Assembly (NCBI GenBank): GCA_030141605.1
Contig: JAQGDQ010000285.1
Coordinates: 136,002-200,001, forward strand
Length of the DNA: 64,000 bases
DNA from: Tubiluchus corallicola
Taxonomy: Eukaryota > Animalia > Priapulida
Direction of reading: 5' to 3'
Positions within the stretch are counted from its first letter, which is position 1; each line of letters opens with the position of its first letter. Of this stretch, positions 12,317 to 27,600 are shown piece by piece. Both the position numbers and the translations under genes were made by a program. The notes below the pieces were generated by a model, which saw only the letters and a program-made list of their open reading frames with translations, made no database searches and was not told where the DNA came from.

Positions 12317-15278
12317 GTGGTGTTATGTAGTTGAAGAATTGTTATTTACAGTAGGCAAAAAACCATTTCTGCTTGTATTAATTATTAATCCGAAAAGCCG
12401 ACTTTAAACAATGATTGTCATTATTATTATCATTATTGTTATTATCAATATTATCATTATTATTATTATTATTATTATTGATATTAGCAACAAGAACAAC
12501 AATAATAACAATAATACTAATAATACTTATTAATCTATTAATTCGCATTAAATTCGTTCGGGCTCCCATTTTCCTTTGCATGGATTAGAATTAGCCAAAG
12601 TTTAATATTGTCGCCAAGGTTATCATGAATCACGATCGTCAGTCAAACGCGTTGCCGTGTGCACGATCGCTGTTACAGCTCCTGTTTAGCCTTTATTCCA
12701 CATGTCTCACTGTAATATCTAATTACAACGGAAGCCCTGCTTGTACGAAATATACTGGCAATCACATGACTTATTGGCATTCATAAGTTTTTGTACTGCA
12801 GAAAGTAGACCATAGGATAACCGCACGTACATAACTGTTGTTAAAGAAGCTAGTGAAATTCCTTTGCCATTTTGCTATTATTTTTGTGAGGGAAATGACA
12901 TTGAAGAGATGAAATAAGCCAGAGAGAATTTAATGCACAAACAGTTTAAAAGTGGCAAAGTCATTGCAGCAATAGCCTCACATACTTCTAGAGCAAAGTT
13001 AAGGGAAATGAAATAACGACAAGTTAGTAAAATGCAGCGGCAGCAAATAATTTAGATGGTAATTCAAAACCAGCTGATACTGGAAGTGACTTTGTTAATG
13101 ACGATGATGCTTGTGGTTGTGCTGTTGTTGTTGCTGTTGTCTAGTAAAATCCACTGATAAAATTTTACCAGTAATATTAACGAGTTTGTGGTTCTTTTGA
13201 TAAAGTTTGCATTACTGTATTAAGTAGTATAAACTTTAGGAAAAGAACTGTTACAATAGCAATTGCAACCTGGCTCGACGTTAAACTAACTAACGATTAT
13301 TGGAATAGGGAAACGAGCTCAAAGGTCAATTATTAACAAATTCTGTTAAACATTTGATTCTGTTGCCTCTTGTTTGGCGCTCAACAGTGACGAATATCGC
13401 ACATCAGACATGACTCGTTAATGCTGTCAAATCGACTGTTTGTTTTGTTGTTCTGCTGCAGTGCAGTTGTGAAAGGGGGATATTACACAAAGTGGGCAAA
13501 GAATGTCATAACCCCCCTCCAATTTTCAGTTATGGGGTCTGGGGAGAACTATAAGCTTCACAGAGGGGTTTGTGACGGCGCTCAGCCGCGGACACATTTT
13601 CTTGCATTTAAGGTATTTTAGAGGCCCAAAATAAGACATAACTTAGGCTGCATTGGCTTTTACAAATGTTAAAAACTAATAGGCTTGCTTTCAATGAATT
13701 TCTTTAGAAAAGAGGATATAATAATACATGTGACCTGTACCATGATGCAAGCATGTACGTACCGTGCAATATGAGCCTAACAATCTGAAGCAAAGAGTGA
13801 TTTTGCAACCTAAGTGTGAAAGAAAGTTCGAAAGCTAGCCTTTCACAAGTAGGCCTATCCCCAATACTTTTTCTTTTGAAATAAGAACTATAACAAGAAG
13901 ATTCTGCACTGCCTCTGCCTCCTGTCACAACGCTACTGTTCTGCTGCCCACATGTACAAGACGTTCTCTTTTTTTACTCAACCAAGATGTAGGGTTTTGA
14001 GCCTATATTAGTAAATTTTGTTGTAAAAATGTAGTAGTTTGGTGATGTTGACTTTCATATGAGATGAGTGTGAAGCCTGAAAATGCCAAGATAAACCAAG
14101 CCTATCCTACATTTTGATTTTGTTTGTTATTGGCCAATGAAAGGTCTTGGTATTCCTATGCAGTCTATGACCTGTGCATGAACTGATGCATTAAAATTTT
14201 ATAATGTTCAATTTTCGCTTAAATTCTTGTAGAACAAAACTGTCTTGAGATATGCAATTTTTTTTGAAAACTATCTGTATTTTCCATAAAACCAGGAAAT
14301 AACAGATTTAGAAGGTTGCATATCTTTAAAACAGATAGAGGTTTACAAGATAAACAAAATAAGATAGAGGACCTATGTTCGGCAAGAAAAACTATAATAA
14401 TCAATTTATCATAGTGTTAAAATCGTTCATTGAATTAAAAGAACCTAAACGTCCTTATGATATTTTAATTATTAAAACTTTTTTATTTTCCCCAATTTGC
14501 AGAAATATACAGTTAACAGTTTTAGTCATACCCATCAACAGTTAATACAAAATTCCAACATATCGCAATTAGACAAAAATAATTTACAGATTATGAGAAC
14601 ATTAACAACACGTAAGGTTTGGAACTCTCTATATCCACTGTTAAAAAGAATCATAGCATTAAGCTATTTCTGTATCGCAAAATTAGTGAAAGTGTTTCGC
14701 AGTTAAACATATAACAGTTTACGCGATGCAACATTATTAAAGAAACTAACTATCTTTATGGTTTTCTGTATAAAGACGATTATTTCAACATAAATTAATT
14801 AATTTCAGCATTGCAAATGTCCTGCAAAGGTTCTTTCATAACATCTGTAAATGCGCAGATTACCTTTGGATTTCTGTCTATGAATGTGGATTCTTTGTTA
14901 TTGGCTTGCAATTTAGTCACTAAATAAGTTCTTCTTTCGGCATTAATCAGTTCACAATCGAAAAGAATATGCCCTGTAGGCCTTAACAGCACTGAGTACT
15001 CGCAAGATACTCACATACTCATAAGATTGTAGTTTCTACTACTGAGTCACATAAAAGTAAATGTATAATAAGATGATTAATTTATTCTATAGATATCTAG
15101 ATACCGGTTACGTTCAGAGTCAGGTCGCCCCTATGTCTCACCCTATGTCTCAATAAGGATAGTTGAACAACCTTTGTTTGGATTTTCGTTGCTTTCTATT
15201 GAAAAATTCCAGCTTGGTCCGGGCTCTCGCATTACATTTATTTCGCATCTTGGATCCTCGTACGCAGTATATAATAGG

Positions 15279-15585
15279 TATATACCTATTAGCGATGGCT
15301 GATATATATCTATTAGCAATGACTGGTATATATTTATTAGCGATGACTGGTATATATCTACTTGCGATGACTGGTATAATATCTATTAGCGATGGCTGAT
15401 ATATATCTATTAGCAATGACTGGTATATATTTATTAGCGATGACTGGTATATATCTATTAACGATGACTGGTATAATATCTATTAGCAATGACTGGTATA
15501 TATTTATTAGCGATGACTGGTATACATCTATTAGCGATGACTGGTATATATCTATTAGCGATGACTGGTATATATCTATTAGCAT
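15279..15585. repeat. 24-bp minisatellite (TATATATCTATTAGCGATGACTGG), ~13 copies, with a duplicated 97-bp 4-unit higher-order repeat
   Basis: Units are directly visible. The variant pattern starting at 15291 recurs at 15388. Confidence 0.92.
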
Positions 15586-17341
15586 CGCACATTGGCTAGA
15601 AGCTTGATAAGCGTTCTGATCAGCATGGCTTCTGATACTTTGCATCTGCATGGTACCTTTAAAGACATCCGCCACCAGCTTCCACAAGAAGCAGGTGCGT
15701 CTCTCAGTCCTTTGACTATGATGTTGTGTGCGCGTGTGTGAGAATTTTGTAATAGTCGCTATTACATATTCGGCCCTGTAAAAGAAAGCAAGAAACAAAA
15801 CTTCACAATAAAGCGACTTTATAATGGCACTTGATAGTTACATTCTTCACTAGAGAAACTTTCAAGCAAACTTTAATTTATTGAAACACATGATGGGGTT
15901 ATTTGTGACCAGTTCGCCATGGCAGTTGTCAAACTGTTTCAGTTTTCTATTTAAGTTAAATTTTTACATTATCCATTATCCAGCTACATAGTGTAAGAAA
16001 ACGTGTACAGTGCTGCATTCAATTTACGAAGCTGCTGCAAAATTTATCAAGAGCAGTCAATCTGTGAATGATAGTTTGTAGCGTGGGACTGTTTTAATGC
16101 CCGTCATAACATTTGTTTCTATTTAGGTTGAATTAATTTCCGTAACCGCCATTGGTGTTAAACGAAACAACATTTCTTCAGGCTCTGCGACTGTTAATTT
16201 TCATGCTTGAACTGCAGTAAAGCTCCTCCCACATGAGCTATATCAGATAATGTAGAGGCGCTAAGATATAAGTGGCTTCAATTTGGGACAGTGAGTTCTT
16301 CGCTTCTTCCTTGCCATTTTGAGACCACATCAGTCTCGAATAAATAGATTTCTTCAAAATTGTGGTTAATAATAAACTAGTTTTCAATTTTTTACCAACA
16401 TGTCTAAGTGTTCGTTTTAAGTAAATAGTTTAGAACCTAGAATGAAGCAAAGTATACTTATTGTGATCTTAATTTTCAGACTGTTGATGGGTGATGTGGA
16501 ATAAAAGGTATTATAGTTTTGCAACCAAAATTTCTCCGAAATAAAAGAAATGTTTAAGATGCAAAATATGAAAAATTCTTAAATGAGCATAGATTTGATT
16601 TTTGGGATCATTTTGGATTAGTTCATCAACGATACACCCTCAATTTTGGATTACAGGCCAAGAACTTTTAGACTAAGCTCCGGTCAGTGGTCACAATGTG
16701 TGGTCACGTGTGGCTCAGTCTTCACATGATCCACTACACAGGAACAAAGTCTAATTATTACACTTGTGATTGTGGCTGGTATGAGCTTAGCCTATTATTA
16801 ACCACACTTTTTTTGCTTATTTATTAACCAGGCCCAGTGTTGTTTAACTTTCGTTGATAGACTCACTATGATCATTTCAATGGTAAAATGGGTTTGACAG
16901 TACTGACGATTAAAAAAGAGGAAGGTACCATTGTTTGAGTACTTAGAAAACTAAAATTAATGTCAAATCCTAGCTTTGCACACACAGTTAAAACACATTT
17001 TAACAGTGAAATACTGCAGTTTTCCAAAAAAAATATTGAAACAAAACATAAAATAGGATCCATGCATAACCTTTATTTATTTAACCAAAACAACCAAAGA
17101 TTGTAGCAACTACACGCACGCACATACTTATGCACGCACATTTACTAGGTTTAAAGAAAGAACCCTTTACAATGCTACTGAGCTATACTTATTATGTCTA
17201 TATATATAATTAACGGGCATTGCACGTTTATTGAATTTCCAATTGTTAAACCTCTGTGAATCTGGAAACAACATGTAATAAATACATTTTTTCTCAAGGG
17301 AGGCTGAAACAAACGAAACAAAAATTGAAGTCATTATTATT

Positions 17342-17657
<316 letters not shown>

Positions 17658-18337
17658 AATCTTTACTGATACGGCGAATAGGCCATACAAAAAACCCTCT
17701 AAGACAAACAACGAGAAAAACAGTACGGTACCTGTAATAGTGCGTCTACTGTGTAACCAATAAAAAATTTCAGTTGCAATTATAACTCAGTACAAGTTTA
17801 AAGTCAAATAATGCACATCTGCACATGGAGATGATCTTACTACAATTATTGTTAAAGATTTTTTTAAATTGGTGAAGCCGAATTATTGATTTTTTTTCTT
17901 TTCTGGTCTGTTTTAGTGCCCTCGCACGCAGCATGGATTTCAGTTTGTACAATACCATAAGTGCAAAATCTTTGCTTTTATGGGGTTCTTGACAAGCCGC
18001 CAGTTTCAGTTCCCTACCTTGTAAGTCATCTTGCAGGTAAAATCTTTGAATTTATGTTTGGTATCATTCATCTACCTGCAGTGTACATTAGACTGTAAAT
18101 TAACAAATTTGAAATGTTTAACTAATGACATGAATGATTAATCCAATAAATTTTATCGTTGATACCTGAAAAAAGCCATGTAGAAAAGCAACTATTATCC
18201 TAATAGAATACTATCCAAATTCTATTATTAGTAATGATGTTGCCGAGAAATGAAACAAGTTCAACTGTATGTGAAATCATCATTCTCATTAAGATGAGGT
18301 GTCCACCTAATGGTTACACCATTGTCGGTAAGGACTT

Positions 18338-18459
18338 GGGAAGGACTTTACAATTCCCCACACAATTTAGATAGCCTAACACTATGTCTAACCCTGACCC
18401 TAATCCTAATCCGTTTCACGAAATAATTTCTTGTGTTTGGGGATTTGTAAACTTTAGCC
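18338..18459. mobile_element. Small TIR element (MITE-like) with internal degenerate CCCTAA repeats, copy 1
   Basis: Left CTTTACAATTCCCCACACA and right TGTGTTTGGGGATTTGTAAACTTTAGCC are imperfect inverted repeats. Same family at 57236-57426. Confidence 0.7.
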
Positions 18460-18539
18460 AAGACTTGAATAACATGTGAATATATTTCATTGATTGAACA
18501 GTTCCAGATAAGAACAAGAACAAAGTCAGTCAGTTGCTG

Positions 18540-19100
18540 AAGCCAATTTGCCATACACGCTGAATTCAGCATGTATGGCCACTGGCAGTATCATTGTCGT
18601 GGTACAGTCTCTCCCTTTCTTGCTGTTGTGGAAGAAGCGCACCGACCGGCTGGTTGGAATCAGACGAGATAGCGCAATCCTTCGAAACGGAGGCACACAG
18701 TTTTGGCTAAACATTATAACAATACAGCTGCAAAAACACTTATACAAAGTATTCCGTTTGAAATTAATCCAAAACTGCAGGGAAACCCCACGGATTACAA
18801 TATCCAACAGTTTCCCTTCACGTTTTCTCGCAGCACTTTTGTATTTAATTTTTACAGGCTGTTGTCTTTCGCAACGTCACAATAAACGTATCATCTGTAT
18901 CTGCAAAGGTATCGATAGTTAATTAAAAGATTTTTGTATGCGGTTGCGTGTTTACCAAATAGTCTTTGAGGAACAGCTCGCCTTTTCATCATGGTTCACA
19001 TGTTCTTATTCAAGGTACAGCATGATAGAGACTAAACATCACTGGAAGCAAAGAAGGGCGGGCAAAGACATCGGTACGCCAGTTTAGTCTTTCTGGTAAC
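18540..19100 (-). mobile_element. Probable decayed CR1-type LINE ORF1 fragment
   Basis: Minus strand gives a decayed PHD-like ALLCFQ*C..YHA remnant, then RKREGKLLDIVIRGVS (cf. ERE.R..NIVI.G.PE) and RIALSRL..SRSVRF. Weak, recall-based. Confidence 0.35.
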
Positions 19101-22100
19101 ACTTTTGTTGAACATTATCATTTCGACAAAAGGTTAATGTGGCAAAAACTTTTACATACTGTGAGTAGTGCCTTTTTGATTGATACCCATTTTCCCTTTC
19201 AAACTACCGATTTTCCAAAAGCTGGTCGATGGGCTTCTCTCAAATTCTATCCAACAGCAATCGCTGCTCCCACCAAAGCTACTTTATTGTAAAACCTCAT
19301 TTCGAGCTTCAGTAGCTACTTAGATCAACCCTCTCAAAATGCAAATGCATGCCTAATAAACCTCTATTTTTCAAACGATCACGAAAGTTTATCGAGAGAT
19401 GAAATTGTGCTATTAATGATTCCAATGGATTAAACATTAGAGAATGGAGAAGAGTTAAATCAAGATGACAATAAACCTATATAGATAGATATCGTCTTTA
19501 TTTACCACATATTTACAAGTTATGTATGATACAAGAATCAGAGATAACATGGCAGTTATTTTCTAAAGAAAAATACTGACGATGGCAATAGCATTATAAA
19601 TTAAATAACTACCTAAATGTTTACATGTCTGATTCTCTGAATTATCATAAAATATTGTAAAACATTGTAATATTGAAGAAGTTCGGGCAAATTTAGTAAT
19701 ATGATCTCTGGCTGGTAATGATTTTGGAGCTACTACAATGGACCAAGGCACCAAGCCAAGGTACAAACATTCTACATTGCAACCTAACATTATAAAAAAG
19801 CAGTCATTTTGTCTCGAAATAAGAACAAAATGGCTGCTATCATTTAGCTAAACTGGTTACCCTTTACCTTGAGTAACAAAACACACATATATAGTATAAT
19901 GGCTGCCAATGACAATAATTTCTGACAACTTCCACACGCGTTTAATACATGTGTTTCCACGTAGTTTATTTATAGATACATTAATATGATGCCTAATTAT
20001 TTGATAAAAAATATAGGCTTATCACATAACAGTCACTGTTATACAATCTCAATTTCTCGTTTTTAAGCCCACAATGTTTTTTAGTTTTAGCATTTTTAAA
20101 GATACGACAGGGCCAGATCGTTGCATTCTTCATTACCTTTTTGCTTTTCTGTTACAGTTAGACGGTTTCAGTTTTTCTGCTCCGAAAATCTGGAAGTGGT
20201 CCGTTGTTTTGGCATGCTGGTAACGTGTATTCTCAAGCAATAATAAGCGCTGTACTATTAACTTGGGAATACTCAAGACGGGCACGCCTTTTAATAGGTC
20301 TCTCCGCTTGAAGAAACATCGGAAAACATTTTCAAGACAAAACTGATTAACATACTGATGGCTTCATGAAATACAATCTTCTTCGTTATGTTTTCATGGT
20401 GAGTAAAAGTCTCTTTTAGTGCTTCCATTTTGTTCTTCTATTGTATGAACAAACTTGCACGGTTCCAAAAGTCCATAGCTCATCTGGTGCCAAGTCATAT
20501 CCTAGACATGCTCGTTAGGTATCCTTTTACGCGATAGATTGTTGATTGCATCGTTGTTATGTCATTTTGTTAGTTTGGTGATCGCATTGTTTGTGCTAAT
20601 TTTGTTCATGAACATATTCAGTAAATTTCATAGACCTTTTAGTTTTATTGAACCGTCATGGTGTGAACATTCAAGTTTACTTAGATAATGGAGTAAACGG
20701 ATGATCTTCAGTTGGATGGAGATCTTCAGTTGGATGGAGATCTTTCCCTTCGTCAACATTTTTATAATTCCATAAAATTACCTTTGCCAATTGGTAAATG
20801 AAATCAACAGTCTTTAAATGAGTTATCCTGTACTTACTAGTGTTGTGTAAAATGTAATAAAAAAGCACTTCACAGCACCACTAGTATGAGTGTACTTAAG
20901 TTTCAGGCTTTTAAAACAGTTGTCATTTTGCTTTCATTCTTTCATTTGGTTTAAACTATATTTAGCAACTGTAGTACCACAATGATTAGAATGGATACAC
21001 ACATGATCATTAACAATTATGAAACAGCATTAAATGATCAGCTAACAGGCTTTTATGCAAACCCATATAAAAGCCTCTCACGTGAAGGCAGTCATGACAA
21101 GTCATAAGTCATAAGAAGTACAATAGCTTGGTGAGACTATATATATATATATATATGAACATTACATAACATTAAAATGTTTATTAATAATATAATATAA
21201 TGTTTATTATAAACATTATATTATGTACATTATATAATTTTTTTGATGAAACTAAAATTGTAACAACCAGTAACAAAAAGAAAAACATTTGCAAAGGAGA
21301 AAGAATGGTGAGGATTAGTTAGGGGAGGATGATACAATGATATGATAGATGAAACGATGAAGTGGATGATTAATGATACTCAGATTATCGACGTACAGGA
21401 GAAAGATCGCATTGATTTTCGTATATTAGCGAGAAGAAAATGATCAAAATTCATATTGTTAGTTGGTTGTAATGCTTTAAATGAAGTTTATAGGGATTTG
21501 TTAAGGTTACATTTGTTAAATTTACATCTTGCAATTCGTACCATTCGTACAATTCGTACCTAAAACAGTTTATCGAGTAAAGGCTTAAGTAAAAGAGCAG
21601 GTGTATGCTACTGTGAATCCATTTCAATTTGTTCATAGGGTTATAATTTATGCATTTTATGATATTTTTTATTAAATCTCCCCAAACAAGCCAGCAGCCA
21701 CTCGGAGATAGAGCAGAGCAAATGAAAATATGAAGACAATTTCGGAAAAAGAGATTCTTTATTTTATTTAAAACGTAACCTCATCAGTACAAGTAATGCA
21801 TGATATCAAAATGTACACGTAACTCAAGTAAACTTGAAGTGGGCGAGGCTGTTGTTAACCGAGAAACATTTTCAGGTACTGATAATTCCACGGGTAAAAG
21901 GCGCTAGCAAAATAATGTATTTGTGAGCATGCAACTGTACTACATCTAGGAATCTCCAGAGTAAAATTATTAAACATTCAACATTTAACATTTAACATTT
22001 TATTACATAGTACTAAAATATATACAATAGAAAATAAAAGAAGACATACAAACAAAACATCAATTTTGAAATATAGCGACACTACAAGCAAACAATTGTT

Positions 22101-23553
22101 GATAAAACAAATATGATTAAAGTCATTCCTGTTATTAATTATTTTGGTCATTTAAATGAAGAGTTTAATGATGATGCCCTGCCCGGGCGCATTTTTTATG
22201 GAAAGCAGTAATATCAGTACTATGACCAAACTGTCAGTATTAGGAACCAATGTCGTGAAGTCCTGAGTTTGCATCCTCCATTAAAATAGCAATGAATGTT
22301 GCTTAGTGTAACAACATGCAGAGCAACCAAAACTCGGGCTTCCTTTAAATATAATAATAACATGCAAATTCTGCAATAACGAATGATTTCTCATCCATTT
22401 TCTTCTTCGCTGAAATCGAACAAAGGCGCAGTTTCTAATTCCCAACCGAAGATGATGAGAAGCCACATCGTGTTATAGCTTTAGCCTGTTAGGCACGAAC
22501 TAGTTGATACACGGTAACAGCCACTACGCTGAAACGCTACGCAACGCGCAGGGCCGAACACGCATGCATGGAATCCATGGCTTCAATAGAAATCTGTAAC
22601 ATACGTTCCATATGTGACAAATTTTAGTTACATTCATGAGTATTTCTATACCTTAAACTCATCGAAAAACCAATCTGCTACCCGGATTCGCATTATTCCC
22701 GACACTTTTTGTTTCGCTTGGCTTAATTCTGTCATTTCATTAATGAATTACGAGAAATTCGTGTTACACAAAGAACAAATTGTACAGAATAATGTACTCG
22801 AGCAGGGAAAAATATCAACTAAATGAAAAAAAAACTGACATGCACCAAGCAAATGAGATTATACCGTACCTATGATTTCTTGGTATTGACAGTTCTAAGC
22901 TGGGGAAACGCCTTTTGTCTTTCCATTCTTTCTGTCCTTTGGTTTTAAATATGTCTGTTCTACTCTATTCGCCTGCAAAAGTAACGTACCAAAATAACGA
23001 AATAAGTTAGTCACTTTCACTGCCAAATATTCGCTTTAACGCAAAATTTGTCACAATTTTTGTATCGTGCAATATATGCTAGCATTCTCTCAATGGAAGA
23101 TAGCAGATAGCACCTACAATCTGCTGAGGTAGCATGAAGCCAGAAAGGGAAGGAGAGACAGAGAGAGGGAGAGAGAGAAAGAGAATGCGCGAGCGCAGGT
23201 AGAGAGGTGAGCTGCTCAAGAAAAACGGTTATACTGAATCTGACCTGAATGATAATGACGAGCATGGCTTCATTGGCTTCTTACAGCAGGAGACAATTAC
23301 GTCACACAAGCACTGTAGAACAGCTGCGTGTCATTCCTTTGTTTCTATAATGCTGTTTGGCGTATTGGGCCGAGAAACATTATTAAGTACGTTTTCGCGC
23401 TGCAGATTTGCTTAAATCCTAGAGCTTTGTTAAATCGTGGAAATCCTATAACTTACATTATTAATGTACTGAATGTACGGATTACATTTTTTCATGTTAC
23501 AAATAATTAATTAATTATGATGCAAAACTGAAAAGACAAGAATGTAAGAAAAT

Positions 23554-23625
23554 GGGAATAGCTTTGAACCAGGGACCTTCTGTTTATGTTGCAGATAACT
23601 TATTACTACTAAGCCATCGTACTCC
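23554..23625 (-). mobile_element. tRNA-like SINE head relic
   Basis: Minus strand shows A-box-like TGGCTTAGTAG and B-box-like GGTTCAAAG at tRNA spacing. No intact cloverleaf. Confidence 0.4.
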
Positions 23626-24267
23626 CCTGTGTTCAAGACTCTCCAAAGTATTTCCAATGTTAGATCGTTCACACTACAGTGATTTTAACTGATTTAATCA
23701 TTTTTTATTTCGATTAACTTTGAGCCTGAAATTTTCGTGGGTGATTAATTAATTATTATAATCGCCAGCACCATTAGATACCAGCTGTGATTAGTGTATC
23801 CATTGAATTTCTGAGCAGCGATTTTTGTCGCTCAATCGAATGAATGTAACTCTTTTTCAGGTTACAGACTGGCGTACAATCATGATTTGAATAGTTAACA
23901 GTATTTCATTTGTTAAACTATGGTTGGACTGTCAATTATACTGCTCATTCCATTTTTAAATAACAAAAACAAGAACAATTATACTACATAACTGTTTTGT
24001 TTTTTATTTTCAGTACAGCTTCGTGCTTACAGCAAAACTCGTTCAAACGTGTGCGTGGACAGTCAGTATTTACTGCTATTATAAATGAGTGTATGAACTG
24101 AACTGAAATGTTAGCAGTCAGGTTTGAAGTTTCATGGCTAAATTGCCTCACCACTACATCTATATTACAGTTGTTTCTCCTAAAACTAAATAGAAATCTT
24201 TTAATCCTATAAACTGCAGCGCAATGTAACCTTGAACACACACAGTTGCGTTGCATTAACTGCAAAC

Positions 24268-24624
24268 TTAAAGGACGACATCAGTGGTTTTTTTACATGC
24301 AGCTCAGAAAAGTCGCCTTCAAATTTTGTATCGTGTATAAACATAATTTAACGGTGCGCAGATTTTATCTTTCGAGTATTATGTAAAGCTTCAAAATTTA
24401 CGATCCCCGTCAACCTACTATAGGTTTGCCTTCCTAATGTTTGGTATTCTATTAAGAAATTTGAGCAAGGTCGGTTGGTGCATTTTATAGTAAAATAGGC
24501 GAAAAACCCACACTTCTATTTATAGTAAAATAGCAAAAACCTACACTTCCTAAAACAAAATAATTTACACTTCCTTTTTTAATAAATTTAACGATAACCG
24601 TTTTTCTACTTGAAACCACTGATG
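24268..24624. mobile_element. Possible TTAA-targeting (Kolobok-like) MITE remnant
   Basis: TTAA-AGGACGA-CATCAGTGGTTT on the left and inverted AAACCACTGATG on the right. The right terminus is incomplete. Confidence 0.35.
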
Positions 24625-27600
24625 CAAGGTAACATCGCGTGCCTCTGACGTCATCACCCGCTGACGCGAATTGCAGTATTAAACCTTTCCTTTTATATTA
24701 ACTCGAGCTTCTCAACCTTCTCAAGTAAGATGCTACCTGCTGAATTACTAGCTGATACACACTTCATTTTGTGAGGTCTTTAAACGAACTCTAAAATTCC
24801 GTGTCAGTTTAAATTTGTCATATTTCATATTTTTCAAAAGAAACATTTTTCTTAGTTTTAGCTGATCTCGTCAAAACAACATTAGCGTGTGATGTATATA
24901 TTAGTCCTGTCGCGGGTAGGTGGAAAATAAATCTCCTCGAGCAGTACTCTCACACTGTATATTATTACTGTGGTAAATTCGTCTTTTTTTAAAGATGTAT
25001 GTTATAGTTATTCGGTATAGTTATAGTATTCTGAAAACTGTCTAATAGAGTCAGTATTATTTAGGACTGGACGCTAACATAGAAAAACAAAATCTGCAGT
25101 CTACAGAGATTCATGTTTCTGCTTTGATGTAAAACGGACAGATCAGTCGTTAACCGATTGCAAGTCGTCATTTTGAAATCAGGGCTAGTCACGACCGATA
25201 CGAAGCACCAAAAAGGATACATAGGCTGTTTAGATAAATCTGAGTGGCTTGTGTGCCAAGACCTAGTAGAGTATACGCAAAACTGCAAAAATTGCAATAT
25301 TTGTAAGCAAACATGCCACAGTGGCATGGAGCACTTTAAAAATGTCCGTAGTTTCACCTTGAAAACAAATTTTTATTAAACAAACAATGTAATGGCATGC
25401 ACTAGTTGCAAAGTAGCACCCTGGCTGTGAACAACTTTGACATTTCAACTATTTTACAGCCCATTAAAGAAAAAAGGACTCCTGTCCAAACCAAAGGCAG
25501 TAAATTTTTAGTACATGTATAAAGAACATCTCGTCATGTGATGCTTTATCAATGCGCCAGGTGTATTTTGTGTGTTGTAAAGTAGTTATTTTTCTGCTGT
25601 AAAGTACTGAATTTTCAGTTTGTTTGACTGTATTATTAAACTGACCACTATTTTGTTTGTACCATTGCAGCTTTGAAGATTCTGAAATGATCATTACTTC
25701 TACTTCTAAATGATATTCTAAAATGAGCGCATTAACAAATGCTACAACAAGGGTACCACTGTTACACGATATGTCCTGCAATGGCGCTCGATGTCGTGTG
25801 GTAGAAAAATGAGCATAATAATGTAAAAATTAAAAATAAATTATAACATAATTTTTCATCATTATGATGTGATAACGCAGGTCAATTTTTACTGAACTGC
25901 TTTTTAGAAACACCCTGTATTACCTTTACTGAGCGTTATATGTCATGGAAAATTGGACATGCTTAGCATAGCGGATATATTGGTATATATAGTTATTTCA
26001 CATTTCACGAAGTTTTAACAGCTTTGAGTTTACAGTCTGACTTTCTCTTTATCCGTAAGTAATACAGGATGTAGTAGATGGCCAGGTGGCAAAACGTGAC
26101 ACAAAAGGCTGTAGCTGTAGCATCAGTATCATTCACTTTCACTCCAGCCGAAAGAGTGGGGACTACTTTTATTGGAGTGGAATACTAAATTTATTTTGCT
26201 GCTGTTCCATGTACGGAGGCCACATTGTCGTCACTTACAGTGAATTAACGTGTACTGAGGTCGGTACGTGCCGAAGATGGCGCCGAAATCGAGCAGATGT
26301 ATGCGTCAAGTGTGCTGTGAACGTCACCTTGCACGTAGTTTGTCGCAACGCAAAATGACGAAATTTGGTGCAAAAAATGGCATGTATTGTAAAATGAAGA
26401 AAAGAAAGGAAATTATTTAAATAAAATAGGTTGCAAGGATTTTCCAAGTGGAGCTTTTGGAAAACCAAGAAATCTATATGTGGTTATGAGCTTTACTTAT
26501 CGGCACAATGTTGTCAAGCCTTAAAATATACGCCAAAAACTTTCTGGTTGAATATGGAACCACTTTACAGTAGCAGTGGCACTAGAAGAGATTATCCCTG
26601 GACAATACTTTAAGTTTTCTTGACCTAAACACGCAAACTTTCACTACAAAAGTATTCAGGTCAACCCACACGGATTTTATTCTCTTACGTGTGCTTATCA
26701 TTGTTACCTGATATTTAAGAAAGGCTATAGTCTGCTTTTAAGAATACTGCTTGGCCTTCATGAAATTTTTCTGCATCCCCGCAACAGTGTAAAATCATTA
26801 TCTCTCCCAATCACAGCCTCTCACTCAGGGTGATTTTAGTTCCGCTCCACCGCCTAGAACTGACTCCACCTTTGTGTGAAACGGATACTATATTACACTG
26901 GTATCATTAATACATTATTGCGCACATTTTCGTCTGAACTATAGGATTGCTGCCAGCGCTTTTAACAAAATAAAAGAAATGAATTAACTTCATTAATCGT
27001 GCCTAGTGAAAACTGTACATATGTAAAGGACAGCTATTGGAAGTACACAAATTTGAGAGTATATTCAGAAGAAAGGAAATTTTACAAGCAGAGAAAAAAT
27101 TCGGTGCAACAGGTATTTAATTTTTATTATTTTTATAAACATTAGCTTAATCGTGAATATATGTAAAAGAAATAGTACTGTCTAGCTAGAATTAATAATA
27201 AAGATGTCATGTTTGTTTTAAATTAACTTGGTTTATAAATTTAAAGGTGTCTTTCTTTTCAGAAAGTCAATTAAAGTTTTTCTGCACATTATTTTCAATT
27301 TAATTTGCTGATATACAGAAAAACCCTAGTATTGTAAAGAAATATGTATTTTAATTTTACCTGTGTTTTATGTACGGCGTAATTTATTGTGCTGTACTAA
27401 TACGTCTACATTACATTACATTACACTACACTGCGTAACATTATTCTGTGGTAATAGCAGAGAATTATTGCCAGTTATTGTCTAAATAAAATTTAGATAC
27501 AATTGTGTAAAGAGCTTTAATACTACCTTAGGTTAAACTATTATGATAACTATTTTTAATACATTTATGAATTGATTGTTATCTGTTCAGTACTCGCGGC

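Noticed and set aside
15279-15585. CRISPR-like appearance of the 24-bp repeats
   Set aside because: Head-to-tail units with no unique spacers, no cas genes, eukaryotic context.
25158-25379. ORF with H..W..D...Y..NCKNC pattern resembling a Gypsy integrase zinc-binding domain
   Set aside because: Similarity too weak and no flanking pol motifs recognised.
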